Shown: piece after piece, positions 9,276 through 16,594 of the stretch | How the letters are laid out: every line of letters begins with the position of its first letter | How positions within the stretch are numbered: the stretch's first letter is position 1 | Origin: Pseudobdellovibrionaceae bacterium | Lineage (GTDB): Bacteria; Bdellovibrionota; Bdellovibrionia; Bdellovibrionales; Bdellovibrionaceae | Assembly (NCBI GenBank): GCA_041288045.1 | Contig: JBGGMM010000024.1 | Span: 1 to 22,794, forward strand | Direction of reading: 5' to 3' | Length of the DNA stretch: 22,794 bases | Program-made: the position numbers and the translations under genes | The notes under the pieces: model-generated | Seen by the model: only the letters and a program-made list of their open reading frames with translations | Told to the model about the DNA's origin: nothing | Databases searched by the model: none

Positions 9276-9827
9276 ATGTTGATTTACGATGCTCTGAAGA
9301 AAGACCATGAATCCGTTCGGCAACACCTCAATGAGCTGATCATGCTCAGCGAGGGCGACGAAAATCGCCGACACACTTTGATTCAACAGATCCGTGATGA
9401 GCTGGTCCCTCACTCTCGAGCCGAGGAATCTGTGTTTTACAATTCTTTAAGAGCGATCGATGCGGCTAAAGACATTGTGATGCATGGTTACCAAGAGCAT
9501 ATGGAAGCAGAAGCTCTTTTGCGCACTCTCCAGGCAAAGGACAAAATCGATGCTGACTGGAAAGCCACTGCCCAAAAATTGAAGAAAGCTCTTGAACATC
9601 ACATTCAAGAGGAAGAGGGCAAGATCTTCACTGTGGCTCGGCAGCTTTTCACCGACGACGAAGCACGAATGATGGCTGAAGCCTTCGAACAGCTCAAGCC
9701 TGAAGTCAAAGAAGAAGGCTTTTTACGAACCACTTTGGATATGGTGGCAAATCTGATGCCTCCACGCTTTGCGGCCTCGGTCCGCACCTTTGGTCTGAAT
9801 CCCGATGCTGGCGCAAGCAAGCATTAA
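9276..9827 (+). CDS. Hemerythrin/HHE cation-binding domain protein
   Basis: DH..V, HSRAEESVFY, EH.EAE and HHIQEEE metal-ligand pattern; SD GGAG. Confidence 0.9.
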   Translation: MLIYDALKKDHESVRQHLNELIMLSEGDENRRHTLIQQIRDELVPHSRAEESVFYNSLRAIDAAKDIVMHGYQEHMEAEALLRTLQAKDKIDADWKATAQKLKKALEHHIQEEEGKIFTVARQLFTDDEARMMAEAFEQLKPEVKEEGFLRTTLDMVANLMPPRFAASVRTFGLNPDAGASKH

Positions 9828-9877
9828 TTCAATTTAAGAATGAATCCATAAGGATGAAACACTAACAAGGAGGAATT

Positions 9878-10264
9878 ATGAATTTCAAAAAATACCAATC
9901 AACTTTGACTTTGGTTGCTTTCTTATCACTGGCTGCAGCTCCCGCTTGCGGAGACAATGCCAATCGCACATCGACTGGAACTGGTACAGCCACTGACACC
10001 AACATGAGCGGCTCAACGACGGACACGTCTGGTACGACCGGTGCTCCAACAACGGGAACGGGAACCGCAACTGACACCGCAACAACTCCAAGCACGGATA
10101 CTGGCATGAGCGGCTCTTCAACCGCAGCTTCTGTTGACAACAGCATGAGCGGCTCTTCGACAACTGGGACAGGAATGTCAGAAACTGATTCTTCAATGAG
10201 CGGCACTTCCACAGCCAGTTCTGTTGATAACTCCATGGGAACTGGTTCAGAGATGAATAAGTAG
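9878..10264 (+). CDS. Small Thr/Ser/Gly-rich low-complexity lipoprotein
   Basis: Strong SD AGGAGG; signal peptide ending AAPA-C; repeated D-x-x-M-S-G units; followed by an intrinsic terminator. Confidence 0.8.
   Translation: MNFKKYQSTLTLVAFLSLAAAPACGDNANRTSTGTGTATDTNMSGSTTDTSGTTGAPTTGTGTATDTATTPSTDTGMSGSSTAASVDNSMSGSSTTGTGMSETDSSMSGTSTASSVDNSMGTGSEMNK
10004..10204 (+). repeat. In-frame dispersed repeat ATGAGCGGC (MSG) x4
   Basis: Copies at 10004, 10106, 10145 and 10196, all in the lipoprotein frame; also two SVDNSM copies. Confidence 0.85.
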
Positions 10265-10290
10265 TCTTTGCCTTTTCAAGGAAAATCACC

Positions 10291-10320
10291 AAACCCCAAC
10301 CCACTGGTTGGGGTTTTTTT
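10291..10320 (+). terminator. Rho-independent terminator
   Basis: AAACCCCAACC-cact-GGTTGGGGTTT perfect 11-bp stem running into a T tract, between convergent genes. Confidence 0.9.
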
Positions 10321-11915
10321 TAATGAAAAACTCTTTTTTGAATTTCTTCAATGAGGATTTCCCCACGAATGGGTTTAGTCAAATGAGTGTCACAGCCCGC
10401 CTTCAAGGACTTTTCAACATCATCTTCAAGCGCATGAGCCGTTAAAGCCACGATCGGTTTCGAAAAGCCATTTTGCCGCAGCTGTCGAGTCGCCTCCAGG
10501 CCGTCTAAAAGGGGCATTTGAATATCCATCAAAACGATATCAAATTGATCCTTTTTCACTTCATCTAAAACTTCCAAACCATTATGAGCATAGGTGATAC
10601 TGGCTCCTTCTTTTTCCAAATAAAGGCGGATCAATGTTTCATTGTCCTGAGAATCCTCGGCTAAAAGAACTCGCACATTTTCTAAGCGTTTGGTTTTTTT
10701 CAAACTGTTCAGCAGCTTTCGAGTGAGAGGTTCGCCTTTTTTTCCTTTGATGAATTCAATATTTCTCAAATCCCCAGTTGGGATCAAAAGTGAAAAGCAG
10801 CTGCCCTCACCGATTTCGCTGCCCTTCAAGCTGAGATTTCCCCCCAAGCTTTCAGCTAATTTTTCTGAAAGTGCCAACCCCAATCCTTTCCCATTGGAAT
10901 TGCGGCTGAAGGAGCCCTCCAGTTGAGCAAAGGGTTTGAAAATCTTATGTTGCTGCTCGCGAGAAATTCCAATCCCTGTGTCCTCGACATCAATTCCAAT
11001 ACAGGGTCCCCACTTGGTGTTTTCCAGGAATTCAAGAAAGACCATGATACGACCATTGTGATTGGAGTATTTAATCGCATTGCTGAACAGGTTGGTCAGA
11101 ATCTGCCGCACACGATGGGGCTCGGATTCAATGAGTTTTGGAACTGCTGAATTGAAAAACACATTCAATTTGATATCTTTCTTTTCGGCATTGGGCTTGA
11201 TTGTCTGAATGACATCATAGACCATATCGCAAAGATTGAATCTGACTTTCTCAAGGCCTTGAATTCCGACATCGAATTTTGAAAGATTGAGAATATCATC
11301 AATGATCTGTAACAGCTGATCCCCATTCGAGAGGATTTTATCGGCAAATTGAATCCGCTCCTCTTCGCTGAGATTGGAATCTCGCAAAAGGCTAGCAAAT
11401 CCTAAGATTGTATTCATTGGAATTCGAATTTCACGACTCATATTGACGAGCAATTCATTTTTCGTTTTCAAACCGGCTTCGGCCAGGTCCCGACTTTTAC
11501 GCAATTCCTCTTCGACTTTTCGTCGTTCTGAAATGTCGGTGTGAGTGCCCACCCAATACTGAATGCTTCTCCCCTCGCGAACTGGAACCGCTCGCGACAG
11601 AAACCATTTCCACTGTCCTCGCCCATTGCTGATCGGAAAAGTGTCTTCCCAAATGTCGCCATTTTGAAATGCATGGGACAGTCCTTCGGTCACTCGATCC
11701 AAATGGTGAGGATGAATGACTTTGAACCAGCCATCATTCTTCATTTCAGATTCCTGCCGTCCTGTGTATTCAAGCCAACTCTGATTCCACCAGAAAAGAT
11801 GACCTTTCTCGTCTGCAAGCCAGATCAAGTGCGGGAGAACTTGCGCCAAGGAATCAAGGACCTGTTCTTGTTGGCGGTGAAAAAGGTTCTTATCTTCGAA
11901 TCCCTGAAGATCCAT
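10320..11915 (-). CDS. Hybrid sensor kinase-like protein (PAS-HisKA-HATPase-REC) with His-to-Arg at the phosphoacceptor
   Basis: Start reassigned to MDLQG (ATG 11915, SD GGAGG), giving 531 aa. PAS/PAC (WNQSWLEYTG, IHPHHL, WVGTHTDI); H-box NMSREIRIPMN; N-box NLFSNAIKY; G1 DTGIGI; G2 GKGLGL; REC AED...LMDIQMP...LTA...KP. Confidence 0.9.
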   Translation of the reverse strand: MDLQGFEDKNLFHRQQEQVLDSLAQVLPHLIWLADEKGHLFWWNQSWLEYTGRQESEMKNDGWFKVIHPHHLDRVTEGLSHAFQNGDIWEDTFPISNGRGQWKWFLSRAVPVREGRSIQYWVGTHTDISERRKVEEELRKSRDLAEAGLKTKNELLVNMSREIRIPMNTILGFASLLRDSNLSEEERIQFADKILSNGDQLLQIIDDILNLSKFDVGIQGLEKVRFNLCDMVYDVIQTIKPNAEKKDIKLNVFFNSAVPKLIESEPHRVRQILTNLFSNAIKYSNHNGRIMVFLEFLENTKWGPCIGIDVEDTGIGISREQQHKIFKPFAQLEGSFSRNSNGKGLGLALSEKLAESLGGNLSLKGSEIGEGSCFSLLIPTGDLRNIEFIKGKKGEPLTRKLLNSLKKTKRLENVRVLLAEDSQDNETLIRLYLEKEGASITYAHNGLEVLDEVKKDQFDIVLMDIQMPLLDGLEATRQLRQNGFSKPIVALTAHALEDDVEKSLKAGCDTHLTKPIRGEILIEEIQKRVFH

Positions 11916-12031
11916 ACCAACCTCCTGAAAAAGGGCCACGCCTGACCCCATTCTCATTCTTAAAGATCCCGGAGAGAAGAGCAAATTCTTGCCGCATTGA
12001 ATGAGTAGGTTCTGTGAAAATTCATCATCAC

Positions 12032-12060
12032 TTGTCAAAGTGACCCAAAAAGCATAGCAT
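12032..12060 (+). promoter_or_regulatory. Sigma-70-type promoter, probably leaderless transcript
   Basis: TTGTCA-N17-TAGCAT ends 8 nt before ATG 12069, with no SD. Inverted repeat TCACTT-N4-AAGTGA (12028-12043) overlaps the -35. Confidence 0.55.
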
Positions 12061-12068
12061 TTGCTTCC

Positions 12069-12734
12069 ATGAAATTCCTCATTCTTCAGCACACACAAAA
12101 AACTCCTCCTGGCTCCACGCTGGAATGGTTGATTCAAAAGCAGCTTCCATTTGAAGTCCGATTTGCCTCTGAAATTCAAAAGTGGCAATCCGAAGTGCAG
12201 TTTGAAGCTTTGATCATTTGCGGTGGTGTGATGAATGTGGATCAAGAAGACAAATACCCTTGGTTGCATCTCGAGAAGAATTTGATTCGACAAAGCATTC
12301 AAGAAGGGAAAAAAATTCTAGGGCTTTGTTTGGGAGCACAGCTTTTGGCTGAAGCCCTTGGCGCCCAAGTTCAAGCTCACACTCATTGGGAAACCGGTTG
12401 GCATCCAGTGCGGTTGAACGATGGCAGCGAACTCATGGCTTTTGAATGGCATAAATACACTTTTTCATTGCCGTCGGGTGCTGATTTGTTGGCCACTAAC
12501 AATCAGTGTTTTCACCAGGGCTTTCGCTACCGCGATCAGATTCTGGCCACTCAATTTCATCCTGAAGTCACCCGTGATTGGGTGATTGAAAGATCGCAGG
12601 ATCCAGCCCCTCCAGGACCGGATTATGTGCAGACGCCAGAGCAGATTCTGGCAGGTCTTGAAACTTTACAGCCACAATTGCAAAAATGGTTTTTCAATCA
12701 GCTGGATCAATTTTTTCTTGGATCGCCAAAATGA
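12069..12734 (+). CDS. Class I (type 1) glutamine amidotransferase, GMP-synthase-like stand-alone domain
   Basis: GLCLGAQL nucleophile elbow and QFHPE give the Cys-His-Glu triad. Confidence 0.9.
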   Translation: MKFLILQHTQKTPPGSTLEWLIQKQLPFEVRFASEIQKWQSEVQFEALIICGGVMNVDQEDKYPWLHLEKNLIRQSIQEGKKILGLCLGAQLLAEALGAQVQAHTHWETGWHPVRLNDGSELMAFEWHKYTFSLPSGADLLATNNQCFHQGFRYRDQILATQFHPEVTRDWVIERSQDPAPPGPDYVQTPEQILAGLETLQPQLQKWFFNQLDQFFLGSPK

Positions 12735-13246
12735 ATTTCGGGCGGCGAAGTCCAAACAGAAATAAACTCATACCCAGTGATCCTCTGTTGAACACTGCCA
12801 TCAGAATCAACAAACTGCAGACCTTTTAAAACCCAGGTTTTGACGGGTTCATCCAGGAGTTCGGACTGCTGATTCTGACTGAAGTGCCAGTGAATTTCAA
12901 AGCTCTGTGGATCTAAATCCAAGCAGGTTTTTTCAAGAGAGACCTGCACAGGTTTGCCATTGAGAGCAAAACCTTCTGCTTCCAAAAGCAAACGAAATTT
13001 TTGATAGCTTTGGCAAATTTCCAAAGGCAGTCGCAGAGAAATGTCGCTCTGGCTGTCAGAGATTTTTTCAATTTTGAGAGTTTGAATCACATGCCGTTTG
13101 AATTCTTTAAATTGAGCTTGGGGCATTTCACTGGCGAACTGAGCTGGCTGACGTTGCGGCCCATAAGCTCTTTTCCAAACCAAAAAGGCAGCCGCGAGAC
13201 CGACAAAGGCAAGTAAAAACCATTTGGACTTTTTTAGTATTCGCAT
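12707..13246 (-). CDS. Hypothetical protein with N-terminal membrane anchor
   Basis: 179 aa with a basic N-terminus and a hydrophobic helix. Start overlaps the matrixin stop region by 13 nt, suggesting translational coupling. Confidence 0.65.
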   Translation of the reverse strand: MRILKKSKWFLLAFVGLAAAFLVWKRAYGPQRQPAQFASEMPQAQFKEFKRHVIQTLKIEKISDSQSDISLRLPLEICQSYQKFRLLLEAEGFALNGKPVQVSLEKTCLDLDPQSFEIHWHFSQNQQSELLDEPVKTWVLKGLQFVDSDGSVQQRITGYEFISVWTSPPEIHFGDPRKN

Positions 13247-13875
13247 TTGATATTCTCCCGGTCTTGATCTGAGGGCTTCATGCGAATCACGTTGGGTTCA
13301 AGCAAAGGCCACATCACTGTTGGCAATTGCTCTAAATGTTGCAGCCCCAAGGCATGTCCCAGCTCATGGAGCAGAAGGCTTGCCAAATGCACGTCGGCCT
13401 GATTGAGCAAAGGCTCTTCGGAATAGGAAAAATCCTGCATGTTCACTTTGATGTCAGCTTCCGTGATCTGAGCTCCTGTATAATAAACATTGGTGATCGC
13501 CTGAACGTGCCGGGCAGAGTCTGGCCAATCCGAAAGCAGAATCAAAGCATTGCGCCCGTCTTTTCTCGGCACCAAAGCTTCAGAGGCAGGCAGAGATTCA
13601 AAAGCGAAAATTTTGCGACCCAAGATCGATTCCCAAACCTGAGCCGCCACTTGCAAAGAATGCTTCATGTTTTCTGGAATCGATTCGGAGTGGTAAACTG
13701 TGACCACTGTCGGCCGCCAAGAGACTCTTTGCCCATAAGAATTCTGAACAAAACCGCAGGACTTTTCAGAAGCTGTGGCCAAATCCTCTTCATTGCCGGG
13801 ACCAAGAATTTGCGAACAAGCCATCAAACACAAAAGTCCGCTGCTCAACACTGCTCTTTTCAAAATGTCATGCAT
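13234..13875 (-). CDS. Matrixin (M10-like metzincin) metalloprotease lipoprotein
   Basis: Lipobox LMA-C; HELGHALGLQH (HExxHxxGxxH); Met-turn VMWP; EADI strand. Confidence 0.9.
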   Translation of the reverse strand: MHDILKRAVLSSGLLCLMACSQILGPGNEEDLATASEKSCGFVQNSYGQRVSWRPTVVTVYHSESIPENMKHSLQVAAQVWESILGRKIFAFESLPASEALVPRKDGRNALILLSDWPDSARHVQAITNVYYTGAQITEADIKVNMQDFSYSEEPLLNQADVHLASLLLHELGHALGLQHLEQLPTVMWPLLEPNVIRMKPSDQDRENIKCEY

Positions 13876-13959
13876 TCCCCCATTTTATCCGGACATTGAG
13901 AATAAACAAGGCCGCACTGACTTTGGGCTGGAGCTCGGGCTCAGGTGATCATTTTCTGT

Positions 13960-14421
13960 TTAATAATTGGCCTCCATGGCTTTTGAGGCTGGAGCATGGG
14001 CTAGCTGTGCCTCCAGACTGATATTCGCCTTGAGCAGTCTGGAAATCGGACAGCCCGCTTTGGCCGTTTCGGCAGCTTTGCGAAATTGGTCTTCACTGGC
14101 ATTGGGCACTTGGCCTGTCACGGTCAAATGCACGGCTGTGACTGTGAACCCTTCGGCTGTTTTTTCCATTTGCACTCTGGCTTTGGTGTCGATGGCTTCC
14201 ACTTTCAAATTCATTTGTGCGAGCTCATTAGAAAGAGACATTGAAAAACAACCGGCGTGGGCAGCTGCAATCAGTTCTTCGGGGTTGGTGCCTTTTTCAT
14301 TTTCAAACCGAGTCGAAAAGGAATAGGGAATTTCTTTGAGCACTTGGCTCTCGGTGCTTAAGCTCCCATGTCCTTCCTTTAAATTTCCTTCCCAATGGGC
14401 AGATGCATTTCGTTTGATCAT
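13960..14421 (-). CDS. osmC: OsmC family peroxiredoxin
   Basis: Start reassigned to MIKRNASAHWEG (ATG 14421, SD AAGGAG). GTNPEELIAAAHAGCFSM and AKAGCPIS carry both catalytic Cys. Confidence 0.93.
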   Translation of the reverse strand: MIKRNASAHWEGNLKEGHGSLSTESQVLKEIPYSFSTRFENEKGTNPEELIAAAHAGCFSMSLSNELAQMNLKVEAIDTKARVQMEKTAEGFTVTAVHLTVTGQVPNASEDQFRKAAETAKAGCPISRLLKANISLEAQLAHAPASKAMEANY

Positions 14422-14614
14422 TCGTTTCTCCTTGGTTGTGGTTGGTATTGAGGTTTGTCGTTTCTGATTTCGGGGCCATTCTCCACATTTTGGCTGCACT
14501 CTTTGAGTTTCTCCTGATGCTTCAATGAAGATGCCAAAATTCCTGCCCATCGGCGCAACGGGTCAGCAGGTTGATTCTCTGTCCAAATTTGGTTTTTTTC
14601 GGCAGACTTCGGGC

Positions 14615-15781
14615 ATGAAAAAATCACCTGTGAAAATCATGCTCCTCGGTGCTGGCGAGCTGGGAAAAGAATTTGTCATTTCAGCTCAGCGCTTGGGGCT
14701 TTCTGTTGTTGCTGTTGATCGCTACCCCTCCGCTCCAGCTATGCAAGTCGCAGATCAATTTGAAGTGATCGATATGCTCAATGCTGAGCACCTCGAGCAA
14801 GTCGTTCAAAAACACAGACCCCATTTGATTGTTCCTGAAATTGAAGCCATCCGAACTGAAAAACTCAAGGAATTCGAGACAGCCGGGATTCAGGTCGTTC
14901 CAACAGCCAAAGCCACACATCTCACCATGAATCGAGATGCCATCCGCGATGTGGCTGCTCACCAATTGAAATTGAAGACGGCCCAATTTCTTTATGCTGA
15001 GTCGCTTGAAGAATTGAAAAAAGCCAGTCAGAAAATTGGTTTTCCAAATGTCGTCAAGCCAGTCATGTCGTCATCTGGCAAGGGCCAATCTGTGGTGAAA
15101 AACGTCGGCCAAGTGGAATCGGCCTGGAATTACGCGATTGAAGGAATGCGCGGTGACCATCAAAAAGTCATCGTCGAGGAATTTATCAAATTCGATTCTG
15201 AAATCACTCTTTTGACGATCAAGCAAAAGAAAGGCCCGACTCTGTTTGTTCGACCCATCGGCCATCGCCAAGAGCGTGGAGACTATCAAGAATCCTGGCT
15301 GCCGGCCAAACTCACAGCCCGACAATTGAAATCCGCCCAGCAAATGGCGAAAAAAGTGACGGATTTTTTGGGTGGAGCTGGCCTTTATGGCGTGGAATTT
15401 TTCGTCACAAAAAAAGATATCTATTTTTCCGAACTCTCGCCGCGTCCCCATGACACCGGCTTGGTGACTTTGACTTCGCAAGATCTCACCGAATTTGATT
15501 TGCATTTGCGAAGTGTCCTGGGCCTGCCGATTCCGCAGATCACCTACCTAGGCCCGTCCGCGTCCGCAGTCATCTTAGCAGATTTTGAATCCGAGAATTT
15601 TAAAATCACCGGCATCGAAAAAGCCTTAAAGGCACCTCAAACCGATGTTCGCCTTTTTGGCAAACCCAGCACAAGAAAACACCGTCGCATGGGAGTCGCT
15701 CTCGCTCGAGGAAAGACGGTGGCAGATGCCCGCAAAAAAGCCCGCACTGCCGCTTCGAAAATTCGGATCGAACAGGTCTGA
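14615..15781 (+). CDS. purT: Formate-dependent phosphoribosylglycinamide formyltransferase
   Basis: [41 protein letters not shown] and RRMGVALA. Start placed at ATG 14615 rather than 14525, by comparison with PurT N-termini. Confidence 0.95.
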   Translation: MKKSPVKIMLLGAGELGKEFVISAQRLGLSVVAVDRYPSAPAMQVADQFEVIDMLNAEHLEQVVQKHRPHLIVPEIEAIRTEKLKEFETAGIQVVPTAKATHLTMNRDAIRDVAAHQLKLKTAQFLYAESLEELKKASQKIGFPNVVKPVMSSSGKGQSVVKNVGQVESAWNYAIEGMRGDHQKVIVEEFIKFDSEITLLTIKQKKGPTLFVRPIGHRQERGDYQESWLPAKLTARQLKSAQQMAKKVTDFLGGAGLYGVEFFVTKKDIYFSELSPRPHDTGLVTLTSQDLTEFDLHLRSVLGLPIPQITYLGPSASAVILADFESENFKITGIEKALKAPQTDVRLFGKPSTRKHRRMGVALARGKTVADARKKARTAASKIRIEQV

Positions 15782-15793
15782 GAGCCCCACCAG

Positions 15794-16013
15794 CTATTTT
15801 TGACTCAACTTGCCTGAAGGCTTCTTTTTTGGTCTGGAAATCAAACCTCGAGCCTCCATTTGATTGAGAATCAAATATTCCACCACTGATTTGAAATCCC
15901 GACCCCATGAAATGATGCGAGTAAAGGGGCCTTTTCGTTTTTCTTTTTCCCTTAAGAAGCTCACCACCGAATGATTTCATGTTTTTTATTTTGGAGTCGA
16001 TTTTTTGTTTCAT
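15794..16013 (-). pseudogene. Internally deleted Y1 (IS200/IS605-superfamily, RAYT-like) transposase remnant
   Basis: N-terminal frame MKQK...FGGELLKGKRKTKRPL is joined out of frame at 15920-15932 to a C-terminal frame PFTRIISWGRDFKSVVEYLILNQMEARGLI...K* (stop 15794-15796). Both ends resemble Bdellovibrio-type Y1 transposases, from recall. The HUH core is absent. Confidence 0.7.
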
Positions 16014-16349
16014 AGTGAAAGAGTTGTAACATGAGTTTTTTCAGAGCTTTTTCAAAGAGCGAGAGAATAGCTTGAAAACAAAACCGTAAAAGCCATAAGA
16101 CCTTCGCCCCAAAGCGATCACAAAGAAAATTTTAGAAAATCCAAAATCTCAAAAATATTTTCTCTCATCCAAGAATAGAAAGCCAAAAAACTCGTCAAAT
16201 TCTTTTTTCAAAAAATGATGAGCGCCGGATTGTTTGTTCACTCTCCTGAAAACTCACCACACGACCCGGAGCCGCCATGCCAGAAAGTAAAGTATTTTAA
16301 TTTTAATCTCTGAAATTTCATTCGCAAAGCATCGGCGTGAAAACTGGTG

Positions 16350-16362
16350 TCTCAAAATGAGA
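16350..16362. promoter_or_regulatory. Palindrome TCTCA-N3-TGAGA (candidate regulator site)
   Basis: Perfect TCTCAAAATGAGA, with two one-mismatch copies at 7912-7924 and 7938-7950. Confidence 0.45.
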
Positions 16363-16459
16363 TGTTCAGGAGTTTTTCGAAAGAAAGTTGAATCACCCGC
16401 TGCTGGATGATTTCGTTTTTAAATTCAAATAGATCCGCGTTCAGATTTTGCCACACTTT

Positions 16460-16576
16460 GGCTGAACTGGCCCTGATTCACTGACTTCAATCACCGATAA
16501 ACCTCGAAGTTCCGCTAGAATAGAAGCTGTAGCCCGTATGCGAAAAAGTGGAGTTCATTTGGGGGCCAGTTCAGCC
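16460..16576. repeat. 14-bp perfect inverted repeat flanking an 89-bp spacer
   Basis: GGCTGAACTGGCCC (16460-16473) and GGGCCAGTTCAGCC (16563-16576) are exact reverse complements. The element ends 18 nt before the next start codon. Confidence 0.9.
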
Positions 16577-16594
16577 GGAAATATTGGTGAATGA

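Noticed and set aside
9862..10236. 124-aa Val/Pro/Glu-rich minus ORF
   Set aside because: Mirror of the low-complexity lipoprotein, which has the SD, signal peptide and terminator.
9961..10260. Repeats as a possible CRISPR array
   Set aside because: Short, in-frame, irregularly spaced coding repeats, and no cas genes.
11916..12302. 129-aa N-terminal extension of the kinase ORF
   Set aside because: It overlaps the GATase gene and its promoter on the other strand; a strong SD supports ATG 11915.
14422..14614. N-terminal extensions of osmC (to 14550) and purT (from 14525)
   Set aside because: They would overlap head-to-head; the family N-termini begin at 14421 and 14615.
15920..15945. Programmed frameshift producing a functional mini-transposase
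   Set aside because: Even if reframed, the ~73-aa product lacks the HUH motif; a deletion is the simpler explanation.
15606..16013. Intact 135-aa protein as given by the ORF track
   Set aside because: After residue ~30 it is out-of-frame read-through running antisense into purT; the meaningful C-terminus is in another frame.
16014..16460. Riboswitch or structured ncRNA in the long intergenic region
   Set aside because: No recognisable conserved core; only short (up to about 8-bp) inverted matches. An Rfam/Infernal search would be needed to exclude it.
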